A stretch of DNA of 62,751 nt, filler included, from Basidiobolus meristosporus CBS 931.73 (taxonomy: Eukaryota; Fungi; Basidiobolomycota): assembly GCA_002104905.1 (NCBI GenBank). It is 4 parts of 4 records of this genome, joined end to end, with 100 filler letters (N's around TTAATTAATTAA, not from the genome) between each part and the next. Parts side by side here need not be neighbours in the genome. Positions count along the whole stretch, not along the records: positions 1 to 29,342 come from MCFE01000869.1; positions 29,443 to 45,480 come from MCFE01001133.1; 2 more parts are not named here. One strand, 5' to 3'. Every line of letters begins with the position of its first letter. The stretch's first letter is position 1. The position numbers were made by a program, and so were the translations under genes. Positions 24,384 to 37,660 of this stretch are shown here, piece by piece. The notes beneath the pieces were generated by a model. That model saw only the letters and a list, made by a program, of their open reading frames with translations, had not been told where the DNA came from and made no database searches.

Positions 24384-27300
24384 TGTTATGATCTGCCGCT
24401 TGAATGTTTAAGTTAGATCAGTTTTTAGTCAAATCAATTAGTTATATGTTTAGGTTATCAGTATATCAGTATTATCTATGAAATCAGTAGCATTAGTCAG
24501 CAAATGAATCAGCAGATCCTTATCAGACAGATATAGATATATTAAGTAGGATCTTATTGGGTGATGATGATGCAATCAAATGAGTCATCAGCCACAACCT
24601 ACATTAGGAAATACAATTAGTCAGCAATTGATCTGGCAAAATGTATATAAGGAGCTGCTGGAACCTCAATAAAAATGAGTCCAAGTTTTAGTGAAAACAA
24701 TACTAGCTAAACTCCCTATTCCTCTACAACTCTTATACCAAGACTTGTAACATTGGTAGTAGCAACAACCAGAAACCTCCTTCCTGAAGAAAGAAGAAAC
24801 CACCCTCAAGATGTCAGACAATCAAGAATGGAAGAATGCCATGCAGCAAATCCTGGCCCAACAGCAACAGTTACTCCAGATCCACAGCCAACAGCAACAA
24901 GGAATGTCTACCATGGCTCAGAACCAGCAAAGCCCTGCTAAGAGCAACTTTAGTGTGAAGGTCAACCAGTACCATGGCAGAGTCAATGAAAACCTGGGAA
25001 CTTGGCTCTTTCAGATTGAAGAAGCTTTTAAAGCTAAAGGAATTGCTCCAGAGAGCAAGTTGCATTATGCAGCTTCTTACCTGGCAGATGCAGCTTTACA
25101 GTGGTACCACAACAAGATCAGGTCGGCCACTATGATGGGATGCTCTACAATCTCTACCTGGGATGAGTGTGTTGGAAATTCAGGATGCTTTTGAACCTCC
25201 ACACCAACAGACACTACTAAGAAGGGAGTTAAAGACACTCAGACAGAAAGGAATGGTGCAAGAGTACATCTATAAGTACTGATGTCTATCTGGACAAATT
25301 GAAAGAATGGACCCCTTGGATCAAGTTGAATACTTTATTGATGGGTTGAAAGAAAGAACTCGCAAGGAAGTGAATTACCAAAGACCTCAGACTATTGAAG
25401 AAGCCATCAAGATTGCCATTGACTATGACTCAGCTATGTTTGGAGTTGGGAAGCCTACAGTGACTAATCAGAAAGGCTATAATCATTATGAAAGAAGACA
25501 ATCAGAAGCAGTACTAATGGAAATAGACGCTATGCAGAAGAATCCTGCCTTGGAAGAATGTAAGAAGAAAGGACTTTGTTTCAATTGCCACCAGCAAGGA
25601 CATATTGCAAAGTACTGCCCTCAGAGAAGAAATGGACACCAGCCATCAAGAACCTTTAACCGTATTGAGGCCATGGAGCATAGTAACATGAAGGATGAAC
25701 TTGAAGAAGACTCAGAACTCACCTTCCACATAACAGAAGAATACCTATCCCAGATGACCTCAAACTCAGGAAAGCTATTATACTTGAATGGAGTAATCAA
25801 TGGAGTACCTGCCAAGATCATGATTGACTCAGGAGCATTGCTTGAATACATGTCAGAGCAATTTGCCTTGAAAGCTGGAATCAACTCAGAACCTACCAAA
25901 TCAACTTCAGCCTCCACAGCTGATGGGAACTCCCACATAATCAACTGTATTACCCAGCCAGTAAGAATGAAGATCAATGACTATGAAGAAGACCTACAGG
26001 CTTATATATTTGGGAACTGCAAGTTTGATCTTGTACTTGGAAATACCTGGCTATTTTGTTGTGATCCATCAATCAACTGGAGAACCCATGCTACTCAGAT
26101 CTAAAAAGACAACAAGACCTATGAGCTATCACCTGCCAGGCTGGATTTCAGCTTGGTCAAATCCAGTGTGAGTGAGACAAGTGAACTTAGCAAAACCCTG
26201 TTCTGTAGAGCACTTAGAAAAGGTACCGAGATGCTCCTCATGGCGGTATTACAGGAGGATTCCTCTACCCCAGCACCCCAGCAGGTCCAGACTCTCTTGA
26301 AGAAATATTCAGACGTGTTTCCAGATGAGTTTGTAAGCCTACCACCAGTCAGAGACGTGGATCATGCCATTGGCACAGGAGATAGCCCTCCAGTGAGCAA
26401 GACACCTTACAGAATGAGTCCATTGGAATTGAAGGAAATGAAGAGACAAATGGATCAGCTATTGGAGCAAGGATACATCAGACCCAGCAAGTCACCTTGG
26501 GGAGCACCAGTGCTTTTTGTAAAAAAAAAGGATAAAACACTTAGGATGTGCATTGACTACAGAGCCCTGAACTCAGTTACCGTCAAGAATAAGTACCCCA
26601 TACCTCAGATTGATGAGTTTTGGACCAACTTAATGGAGCCGCTATTTTCAGCAAGATTGACCTCATGTCAGGATACAACCAAATTAGGGTGAAACCAGAA
26701 GATATTCCTAAGACAGCATTTAGGACCAGATATGGACATTACAAGTACTTAGTCATGAGTTTTGGCCTCACTAATGCCCCTGCAACATTCATGACGCTGA
26801 TGCAGACTGTCTTGCAGCAGTACTTAGACAAGTTTGTGAAAATCTACCTGGATGACATCTTGATATACAGCAAGACAGAAGAGGATCACGTACTGCACAT
26901 TGAAAAGGTCTTGAAGAAACTAAGAGAGAACAAGCTATAAGGCAAGCTGGCCAAGTGTGAATTCTTCAAGGAGCATGCTGAATACCTGGGACACATAGTG
27001 ACTAGCACAGGAGTAACCTTAGACCCAAAGAAGGTGGAAGTAATCAAGAATCTGAAACAGCCCCATAGCATATCAGAGCTCAGATCATTCCTTGGAATGG
27101 TTTCCTATTATTGGAGATTTGTCAAGTCTTTTGCAAGTATTGCAGCCCCTTTAACTGATATCCTCAAGAAAGACAATACCTACAAGTGGGACATAGCTTG
27201 TGAAACTGCCTTCCAGACACTCAAGAATGAACTTGCTAAGCTGCCAAGCCTAAGAATACCAGACTTCAGAAAAGAGTTCACTCTGTGCACAGATGCTTCA

Positions 27301-29342
27301 GATTATGCAATTGGTGGAGTGCTGAGCCAAGAACACAAGGGAAAGGACTACCCTGTTGTCTTTGAATCCAAGAAAGTAAACTCAGCAGAACAAAACTATC
27401 CAGTCCATGAGAAGGAGATGCTTGCTATAATACACTGTTTGAAGACATGGAGACGCTATATTCAAGGAGTCGAATGCACTGTGAAGACTGATCATGCCTC
27501 CCTCAAGTATATATTTACTCAGAAGGTACTCTCTAGAAGAATGACAAGATAGATTGAATACATTCAGCAATTTGACCTGGAAATTGTCTACTGTCCTGGA
27601 AAAAACAACACAGTTGCTGGCGCCTTATCAAGATTAGATCAAGTTGCACAACTCAACTTGGTGCATGAATCAGATTGGCCTAGCCTATTAACAAAGTACT
27701 TGGAGGACCAAGCCATTCCTAAGGAGGTGGATGAAGATATCAAGAAGATAATCTGTGATGAAGCCAGCAAATTTGTAGTACAGGATGAAACACTCTACCA
27801 AATTGTTGATGGAAGCCCTATTGCCTATTGCCCTTATGTTTCTTGCCTGGATTTAATACATAAGCTACACAATGGATATGGACATCTTGGGATTGAAGGA
27901 ACCTATAGCCTTGTGAAAGCAAGAGCATGGTGGCCCAGAATGAAACAAGATATTGAGAAGCTAGTGAAAACATGCCCAAACTGCTAAATCAATCAAGACC
28001 AGCCACAAAGAATTGCGGAACTCTTCCCTTTGGAGCCTGTAAGACCATTTGAGAGATGGGGAATTGACTTTATTGGAAGACTGCCAACTACCAGGAAATG
28101 CAACAGTTGGATCCTAGTAGCAATTGACCATGCCACTAAATGGCCAGTTGCTAAAGCTGTACCAATAGCCAGTGAACAAGTAGTTGCAAGTTTCATTTAC
28201 CATGGGATCCTGATGAAGTTTGGATGCCCTGTGGAGATCTTAACTGATAGTGGAGCAAACTTTATGGCAAAGACATTAGAGGCTTACCTGGAAATGTAGC
28301 AGATCAGACACTTGAAAACCTTGGCAAATCACCCCAGAACTAATGGAGTCTCTGAGCGATTTAATGGATTATTTGGAAAAATGCTCACCAAGTATGCAAA
28401 TGGAGTTGTCAGTAGATGGGATGAGTATATAGACCAAGCACTCTTTGCATGCAGAGTCAGAGTACACAACACCACCCAGCAATCACCATTTTACTTAGTC
28501 TATGGATGTGAACCAAGGATTCTGTTGCAATTTAAGAAGTGATTTAGATATAAGGAACTTATCAAGAAATAGTGATAATAGTTGAACTGTTGTTTATTCA
28601 TAAAGAAGCTCAGTATTTATACCTTTGTAGAAGTAATACAGCTGCAACACTAAGTAGGGAGGGTTTCTCAATATTCAGGAGCATTCCGTAACAGTTTCAG
28701 GGTTAGTACATAATGTTTGGTAATAGTGCTAATTTCATCCTGACCATAGGGGAATAATCATAAGATCATATATCTGGAGAAAGTGGCGAAGTTAAGGCAG
28801 TAAATGAGTCCTACAGTGACTAAGACTAGCCTAGAATTGTTAAGTAAATTTTTAGCTGCTGAATGATACCAAATAGTCCAATATTTCAACAGATTCCAGG
28901 AGATCTCACACAACCAAAGCTTACAGACACCTTAGAAGATGAACTCAGTCAGCCATGTAGACACCAGCAACTGGAACAAAGACGTCAAGAGGCACAGACC
29001 AAAGTATCTCAAAGTGCAGAAAAGATGAAGCAGAGATTTGATAAGACTATAGCACCAGAAGCATTGACAGTTGGGAACTTTGTATTGCTAAGAAACAACA
29101 CTTGGAAGAAGTTTGAGCCACAATGGACAGGACCATTCAAGATCATCAGAGAATGTCCATTTGCAACTTACCAACTGGTGGACAAGCAAGGCAATATCTG
29201 GGAAGACTTAGTGCATAGGGATAGACTCAAGCTTGCAAGACTTGCTGATAATACTGAACCATCAAGATATTGGTATCACAAGAAAAGAGATTCAGGAGAA
29301 CCCTCTCAACTTTAGTAGGGGAGAATGTTATGATCTGCCGCT
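24384..29342 (+). mobile_element. Near-complete Ty3/gypsy retrotransposon (family F), pseudogenised
   Basis: 5' LTR 24384-24752. Gag with CFNCHQQGHIAKYC, protease MIDSGA, RT YLDDILIYS, RNase H TDASDYAIGGVL and integrase WGIDFIGRLP. PPT agtaggggagaa. The 3' LTR starts at 29326 with the same tgttatgatctgccgct and is cut by the gap. Several stops and frameshifts. Confidence 0.95.
28523..28891 (-). mobile_element. Solo LTR (family G, 369 bp) inside gypsy-F integrase, 5-bp TSD GATTC
   Basis: gattc at 28518-28522 and 28892-28896, with TGTTG/CAACA ends. Removal restores EPRI-PGDL. Confidence 0.93.
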
Positions 29343-29442
29343 NNNNNNNNNNNNNNNNNNNNNNNNNNNNNNNNNNNNNNNNNNNNTTAATTAATTAANN
29401 NNNNNNNNNNNNNNNNNNNNNNNNNNNNNNNNNNNNNNNNNN
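29343..29442. other. Artificial contig linker (44 N + TTAATTAATTAA + 44 N)
   Basis: Six-frame stop spacer, identical at all three gaps. Confidence 0.98.
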
Positions 29443-30521
29443 TCAACCAAATCAAGAGAGCTTGGTGCCATCTGAAAGCCATGCCTTTCCTTATCAATCT
29501 ATGGCCGGCAGTCTGATGTCTATTGCGCTTGGAACACGTCCAGATATCTCATATTCAGTGGGAGTTGTCAGCCAACATAATCAGAACTATGGATCTGATC
29601 ATATTACAGCAGTTAAGCGGACTTTCAGATACCTAAAAGGAACTGCTGATATCTGCTTAAGATACACTTATAAGGACTCAGAACAGGATCTTGTGGGATA
29701 CTCTGATGCAGATTGGGGACAAAATTTAGAAGACAGAAGATCCACCACAGGATACACCTTTCATTACTGTAAAGGAGCAATTTCATGGAATTCAAGAAAG
29801 CAACCAACCGTAGCACTTTCCACCACAGAGGCAGAGTATATGGCAGCCTGTGAAGCTACAAAAGAAGCAATGTGGTTAAGAAAGCTGCTTACAGATTTAG
29901 GCCTATGTCAAAAAATGCCTATTACTTTATTTCAAGACAATCAAGGATGTATACAATTAGGTAGAAATCCAACTTTTCATGCTAGAACCAAGCACATAGA
30001 TATTAGACATCATTTCATACATGAATCTATAGAGAATAACTTAGTTAGCTTAGTTTACTGTCCTACAGATGAAATGATTGCAGACATATTTACCAAACCA
30101 TTAGCCAGAGACAAGTTTTAATATCTTAGGTCAAAATTAGAACAAGTCAGTATGAGCATTTAGCTGAGTGGGAGTGTTGTAAAAATTTGTATTTCCACCT
30201 AAATATTCATCTAACTTAGTCATTTAGATCATTACCTTCAAATCCTAGAGAATACTGACCAAATTCCTTGTTGGGATTTACTTAGAATATTTTCACCAAA
30301 TACCAGGTCCCCAGGACATGAAAATTCTCAAAGTTGTTCAAACAGCCCCAAACTTTGCACACATGTTCTTGGAACCTTCCTTAACCTATTCTACGTGTTT
30401 TAATGCCAAGACCAGGTAAAAGTATAAATACTACTTTTACATTCAATAGATCATTAAGTGAAAACCACATAATCTACTTGTCCTCCCAATCACTTCCAAT
30501 ATCTCCAAGACTCTTACAACA
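29443..30521 (+). mobile_element. Copia family-A 3' end: RT/RNase H, PPT and 3' LTR 30175-30521
   Basis: ORF 29462-30121 (GYSDADW, SRKQPTVALSTTEAEY). PPT tgagtgggag. Confidence 0.95.
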
Positions 30522-33500
30522 GATAACCCCATTTGGTCTGCAAGCTTAAAAAATCTCTATATGTCTCAACAATACCAAGAGCTTGGAATTTGCAAGATAT
30601 AGATTCTTATTTGAATCTTGAGTCTCAAAAGGAGTAATGCTTGTTGTAAGAGTCTTGGAGATATTGGAAGTGATTGGGAGGACAAGTAGATTATGTGGTT
30701 TTCACTTAATGATGTATTGAATGTAAAAGTAGTATTTATACTTTTACCTGGTCTTGGCATCTAAACACGTAGAATAGATTAAGGAAGGTTCCAAGAACAT
30801 GTGTGCAAAGTTTGGGGCTGTTTGGACAACTTTGAGAATTATCATGTTCTGGGTACCTGGTATTTGGTGAAAATATTCTAAGTAAATCCCAACAAGGAAT
30901 TTGGTCAGTATTCTCTAGGATTTGAAGGTAATGATCTAAGTGACTAAGTTAGATGAATATTTAGGTGGAAATACAAATTTTTACAACACTCCCACTCAGC
31001 TAAATGTTCATACTGACTTGTTCTAATTTTGACCTAAGATATTTAAAACTTGTCTCTGGCTAATGGTTTGGTAAATATGTCTGCAATCATTTCATCTGTA
31101 GGACAGTAAACTAAGCTAACTAAGTTATTCTCTATAGATTCATGTATGAAATGATGTCTAATATCTATGTGCTTGGTTCTAGCATGAAAAGTTGGATTTC
31201 TACCTAATTGTATACATCCTTGATTGTCTTGAAATAAAGTAATAGGCATTTTTTGACATAGGCCTAAATCTGTAAGCAGCTTTCTTAACCACATTGCTTC
31301 TTTTATAGCTTCACAGGCTGCCATATACTCTGCCTCTGTGGTGGAAAGTGCTACGGTTGGTTGCTTTCTTGAATTCCATGAAATTGCTCCTTTACAGTAA
31401 TGAAAGGTGTATCCTGTGGTGGATCTTCTGTCTTCTAAATTTTGTCCCCAATCTGCATCAGAGTATCCCACAAGATCCTGTTCTGAGTCCTTATAAGTGT
31501 ATCTTAAGCAGATATCAGCAGTTCCTTTTAGGTATCTGAAAGTCCGCTTAACTGCTGCAATATGATCAGATCCATAGCTCTGATTATGTTGGCTGACAAC
31601 TCCCACTGAATATGAGATATCTGGACGTGTTCCAAGCATAATAGTACATCAGACTGCCACCATAGATTGATAAGGAAAGTCATGGCTTTCAGATGGCACC
31701 AAGCTCTCTTGATTTGGTTGAGTTTTGACAAAGTTAAGGTTTGTCTCCATTGGGGTAGCTGCCAGTTTACAGTCTTCCATTTTGTACTTCTTTAGTATAT
31801 CTTGAATATACTTGGATTGGCTTAGGGTAATAGTCTGGGTACTTCTGTCTATGGAGAACTTAATCCCTAAGTAGTAACTAAGTTCTCCTAGATCAGGACA
31901 TCTTGAACTCCTTAGATAGGCTGGATTTAGTCTCTTCCAATGTTTCTAGGTTATTGGCAGCTATAATAAGATCATCCACATATAGAGCTAATAGAACTGG
32001 ATTTGCTCTATCTGGCTTATGGTATATACTATAGTCAGCATTACTTCTTTTGAAACTCAAGGATTCCAAATAAGAATCTATCTTGTAATTCCAGGCTCTT
32101 GGTGATTATTTGAGACCATATAGTGACTTTTTAAGCTTGGCAGACCAAATGGGGGTTATCTTGGTCAATAAGCCCATCAGGCTGGTCCATATACATGTCC
32201 TCATCAAGTTCTCCATTCAAAAATGCAGTTTTCACATCCATTTGATGAATAAAAAACTTATATTTTGCTGCAATGGCCAAAATTAATCTGATGGAATTAA
32301 ACTTAGGCTACCGGTGCAAAGGTCTCAGTATAGTCAAGTCCTTTTGTTTGAGAGTATCCTTTGGCTACAAGTCTTGCTTTGTATCTTTCAATTGTACCAT
32401 CAGCCTTGTATTTTGTCTTAAAGACCCATCTGCATCAAATTGATTTTTGGTTGATTGGTAATTTGACTAAGTCCCAAGGTTTGATTTTCCATCAGTGCCT
32501 GATATTCCTCAGTCATTGCAGATCTCCAAAACTTTGTCTGAGGGCTATTTAGGGCCTCTTTTACAGTTTGGGGCTCATCAACATGGACTGAATGGGCATA
32601 GGCTAAGTTTGTACCCTCATTGATATAGTAATTTGGGCTATTTCTTGTCTGATTTGATCTCTGGGCATTTGATACTGGAATGATCACTTCTGGGATATTC
32701 CTGAGCACTGATTCTGGCTGAACCATGGTTTTAGAGTCCTCTGGAGTGAAAAAATTTTCATTGTTTTGCTCTGATTCAATCCTGATAATTGGTGGACTTG
32801 AGATCAAATTTTTGTCATCATCTGATGTAATTTTTTGTGAGAATTTTGAAATTTCATCAAACAACACATCCCTGGACTTGATGAGCTTCTTTGCTTTGGT
32901 ACTGTAGAGTCTGTATGCCTTACTCTCATTGCAGTAGCCCAAAATTATGCATTTTACACTTTTTGGCTCAAATTTTGACTGATTTCCGGCCAGTTTTTTG
33001 GCATATGCTGTACACCCAAATATTCTTAGATGTTCCGCACTTGGTCTGTATCCATACCATGCTTCAAATGGAGTAGAATCACAATGTATTCTGTTATAAC
33101 TCCTATTTTTAAGGTATACAGCAGTGGCAACCAATTCTGCCCAAAAATCATAGGATAATTTTTGATCATGGATCATAGATCTTGCCATATCAATAATTGA
33201 TCTGTTAGCTTGTTCTGCTACTCCATTTTGCTGTGGGGAGTATGGTACAGTAGTCTCTTGCTTTATCCCATGAATTTTGCAGAAGTGGATGAAGAGTTTT
33301 GATGTATATTCTCCACCATTGTCAGAGCATATTTTCTTGATTCTTTCACCAGTTTCTCTCTCCACCATGGCTTTAAACTCCCTGAGCTTAGACAGAGCTT
33401 CTTCCTTTCTCTCCATGAAGTAGACCCATGTGTATCTTGTATAATCATCAATAAAAGTGATTAAATACTTCATCCCACCTAAAGATATATTTTGCATTGG

Positions 33501-34237
33501 TCCACACAGATCTGAGTGAGTTAGATCTAATTTTTTCTTAGTTTTGATTAACCCAGAGCTCTTGAACGGTTGTCTGGCTTGTTTCCCATCTATGCAGACT
33601 TCACAGTGCTCCAAATTAGCTGGGGTATCTATTTTCACTCCAGTAACTAGCTGATCTTGAACATTTTGCGCAAATAATCAAAATTGATGTGCCCAAATCT
33701 CCTGTGCCAAACATTGATGTTTCTTCATTTAAGTTACTTATATTGGCTTCCAGATATAATGAAATATAAGTCAACTTGTATAGATTCTGATCTCTGATGC
33801 CCAAAGCAATATGGGCACCATTTTGATCAGTGATCCTGCATCCAGAATTGTCAAAATTGAAACTGAGTCCTTCTGCTGTGGCCTTGCTTACAGAGAGTAG
33901 GTTCTTGGCTATTTCTGGTACATAGAGTACTTCTTTAAAGGTCAGTGTATGGCTTCCATTACTGCTTCTAAGGTTTACTTGGATAGTTCCTTCTCCCACT
34001 GCATCAAGTGTTCTATTGTCACCCATGAAAACCTTCTTAATTGGAATTTCTTGATATTGGGTAAAAAGTCCTTTTAGGTGTGTAAAGTGTTGAGATGCTC
34101 CAGAGTCAATATACCACGTCTGATAATCCTTGTTTGTGGTCATATTTAGTGCAGATATGAATAGTCTATCTTCAGTTGTTGCAGCATTTCCATATTCAGG
34201 CTTCTTTGGCTGATAATCTCTCTTTTTGAGACACCGG

Positions 34238-35041
34238 TGTGTTAGGGTAAACATACCTCCCACAGACAAGTTTATTCATATAGTCATTATGATATACTTA
34301 TCCATATTTTATCTTATCAGTATTATCCCATTCTTCTTTTGCCCATATTATCAGTATTATCCCCATATGATGTTTACCCTGATTAGTTATTAGCATTAGT
34401 TATCCCAGATGTTATTCAGCTTTGTGATCAGTAGATGTATCTATATAAGGCAAGTACCTGCATCAGTACCCGTGACACATGACCTAGGTCTGTGTTACCA
34501 TCCCTACCATTTCAATACCATATATGGTATTTCTATGTTGCACAGGTTTCAGACTACTGATTCCTGATTGGTTGGATGTGCTGTGCCCTTTAGAACCTTC
34601 CAGGACATTCTTGGCATATTTTTAGCTCATAGTGATGTCATCAAGAATTCCACTGATGCCTAGAATCTTCTAGAACCTTGTCATTAGTAATCACTTGGCA
34701 ATCAGGAAAAGTATTTAAGGGAAAGCAATCCCTCATCAATAAATCATCCCTTCTATCAGTAACACTTCTCCCTTATTGATTAGCAGTTGATCACTGCACC
34801 TGCCTTCAACAGTACACCTCAGACCTGCCATCAAGGAGCTTTTCAAGGTAGTGCACAAGACACACAGAGGCCTTTGGAGACACTTGGAGCACCTAGGAAG
34901 CTAGAGAAGCAGGAGCTTTTACCATAGAGACATACTGACAAAGACACCAGCAGTTAAGACCCAGAGGTTATTGCACCCATCAGACACCTCACACACCTTG
35001 AGTTGTGTAGCTTCTCCCAGGAGTACCTCTACACCACCACA
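34238..35041 (+). mobile_element. Solo LTR related to gypsy family C, inserted in the copia gag zinc knuckle
   Basis: TGTG...CACCACA ends and a middle homologous to family C. Flanks ccgg/ccgc. Removal restores CKRKGHTSERC-LKKR. Confidence 0.88.
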
Positions 35042-35770
35042 CCGCTCTGATGTGTGTCCTTTCCTTTTGCAGTAGTTGCAAAATAGGTTGCTGTTGCCTT
35101 TGTAGGGTCTTGGGTATCTCCTTTGTTGGTTATCATTGCTTATTAAAGCATTTTCTTCTTCCTTCTTATTGGCGCTTGATTTTCTTAATTCTTCATCCAG
35201 GAGCCTTCCATATACGTAATTTAAGGTCAAATCTTCAGTTCTGGACTCTAGGGCTGATACAAGGCCCTGAAACTTGCCTGTCAGGCTATTCAGGATGGTA
35301 ACTATCACATCCTCATCAGTAGTTGGTACACCCACAGATTCCATTTCATCTACCAGCAGGGTAATTCTGTTAATTAGATTTTTCATTTCTTCTCCTGGCA
35401 GCATCTTTGTAGTAAAGAATTTTTGTCTCAGATACATTTTCTTGGCAGCTGAACATGACTGGTAGGTGTCTTCCAATGCTTTCCAGGCATTCTTTGCTGT
35501 TTTTGCTCTTGAGCGTTAAATTAGCAATTTGTCCTTGACATTAAGGCAAATGCAGTTGAAGGCACTTTGTTCTTTCTTCTGGTACTTTAAGGCTTCCTCT
35601 CCCACGTTTTTAGGAGGGCATTCTTCTCCCATGACAATATCCCAAAGGCCTCTTTCTTGTAGCAGCATCTTCATCTTCACCTTCCACACTTGGTAGTTAG
35701 AGTCATCCAACCTTTCAGCAGAGGGAAAAATTCCAGTAATAGCAGTAGTAGACATTGCAGAGAGTGACAG

Positions 35771-35786
35771 CTTGGGGTTCATAACC
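35771..35786 (-). promoter_or_regulatory. Primer-binding site GGTTATGAACCCCAAG (half-tRNA-iMet type)
   Basis: Directly abuts the 5' LTR. Second copy at 38840-38855. Resembles the Ty5 and Drosophila copia PBS, which pair with the initiator tRNA-Met anticodon arm. Confidence 0.8.
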
Positions 35787-36134
35787 TGTTGTAAGAGTCT
35801 TGGAGATATTGGAAGTGATTGGGAGAACAAGTAGATTATGTGGTTTTCACTTAATGGTTTATTGAATGTAAAAGTAGTATTTATACTTTTACCTGGTCTT
35901 TGCATTCCAAACATGTAGAATAGATTAAGGAAGGTCCCAAGAACATGTGTGCAAAGTTTGGGGCTGTTTGGACAACTTTGAGAATTATCATGTTCTGGGT
36001 ACCTGGTATTTTGGTGAAAATATTCTAAGTAAATCCCAACAAGGAAATTGGTCAGTATTCTCTAGGATTTGAAGGTGATGATCTAAGTGACTAAGTTAGG
36101 TGAATATTTAGGTGGAATTACGAATTTTACAACA

Positions 36135-37122
36135 ATGCTGACTTTAGTATATACTATAAGCCAGATAGAGCAAATCCAGTTCTATTAGCTCTATATGCCA
36201 TATTGCAGCAGTTTAGTGGATTTTTAGATACCTAAAAGGAACTGCTGATATCTGATTAAGATACACATAAAAGGATTCAGAACATGATCTTGTGGGATAC
36301 TCCAATGCTGCTTGGGGAAAAAACTTGGAAGAAAGAAGATCCACCACAGTATACACTGTTCTTCACTGTAAAGGAGCAATTTCATGGAATTAAAGAAAGC
36401 AAACAACTGTAGCACTCTCTACCACAGAAGCAGAGTATATGGCAGCCTGTGAAGCTACAAAAGAAGCAATGTGGCCAAGAAAGCTTTTTACAGATTTAGG
36501 CCTGTGTCAAAAAACACCAATACCTTATTTCAAGATAATTAAGGATGTATACATCTGAGTAGAAATCCAACTTTTCATGCTAGAACTAAGCACATAGATG
36601 TTAGACATCACTTCATACATGAAGCAATAGAGAATAACTAAGTTAGCTTAGTTTACAGTCCTTCAGATGAAATGATTGCAGATGATTTTACCAAACCATT
36701 AGCTAGAGACAAGTTTGAATATCTTAGGCCAAAATTAAGACTAGTCAGTTTGACCATTTAGCTGAGTGGGAATGTTGCAAAAGTTTGTAACTCCAAATAA
36801 ATAGTTACCTAACTTAGTCACTGAAATCATTACCTTCAAATCCTAGAGAATACTGACCAAGTTCCTTGTTGGGATATACTTGGAATATTTTCACCAAAAT
36901 ACCAGGTACCAACAACATGAAAGTTCTCAAAGTTGTCCAAATAGCCCCAAAATTTGCACACATGGTTTTGGGATCTTCCTAAGCCTATTCTACATGTTTG
37001 CTCTGCCAAGATCATGTAAAAGTGTAAATACTACTTTTACATTCAATAAATCATTAAGTGAAAACCACATAATCTACTTGTTCTCCCAAATCACTTCCAA
37101 GATCTCCAAGACTCTTACAACA
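36135..37122 (+). mobile_element. Older copia RT/RNase H relic and LTR 36773-37122 (host of the complete element)
   Basis: Continues the RT fragment at 30522-30641 across the TSD. PPT tgagtgggaa. Confidence 0.85.
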
Positions 37123-37310
37123 CAAATATCCACTTCTATCTGCATGTGATTTGAGGTATGAGCAACAGTGTATAGTCATAATAGGACTTGAATGATCAAG
37201 GACAGCTTGCAAAAATGTCACAAAATGTAGCCCATTTTTTCTTAAGTTCTTCAAGTCTTATAGTGCATTCAATATACTCACACTGATATTGTCACTTAGA
37301 TTGCTGAAGC

Positions 37311-37660
37311 TGTTGCAAGAGTCTTGGAGATATTGGAAGTGATTGGGAGGACAAGTAGACTTTGTGGCTTTTCACTTAGTGATTTATTGAATGTAAAAGT
37401 AGTATTTATACTTTTACATGATCCTGGTATAGCAAACATGTAGAATAGGCTTAGAAAGGTCCCAAGAGCATGTATGCAAACTTTGCGGCTGTTTGGACAA
37501 CTCCTCTAATTTTCATGCTCTGGGTATCTGATATTTTGGTGAAAATATTCCCAATAAATCCCAACAAGGTATTTGGTTAGTTTTGTCTAGGTTCTGTTGG
37601 TAATGATACAAGTAACTAAGTTAGGTGAGTATTTAGGTAGAACTATGAGCTCTTACAACA
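37311..37660 (-). mobile_element. Copia family-A LTR
   Basis: TGTTGCAAGAG...TTACAACA. No matching TSD. Confidence 0.85.

Larger units (their letters stand above)
30642..36134 (-). mobile_element. Complete Ty1/copia retrotransposon (family A) with 5-bp TSD ATGCT
   Basis: LTRs 35787-36134 and 30642-30988. PBS 35771-35786. Gag (NYQVWKVKMKMLL, CNYCKRKGH), protease WYIDSGASQH, integrase HSDLCGP...SDNGGEY...PQQNG, then RT and RNase H in copia order. atgct at 30637-30641 and 36135-36139. A few stops and frameshifts. Confidence 0.97.

Noticed and set aside
29387-29398. TTAATTAATTAA palindrome inside N runs (also 45525-45536 and 59229-59240)
   Set aside because: Identical six-frame-stop linker added during contig concatenation. 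ORFs running into it (45529-45795, 59229-60764) have artificial ends.
24384-36134. Neurospora-type RIP (CpA>TpA) suggested by CAA>TAA, CAG>TAG and TGG>TAG stops
   Set aside because: Transition-derived stops fall in these contexts by necessity. The visible bias is CpG loss. A computed mutation spectrum is needed.
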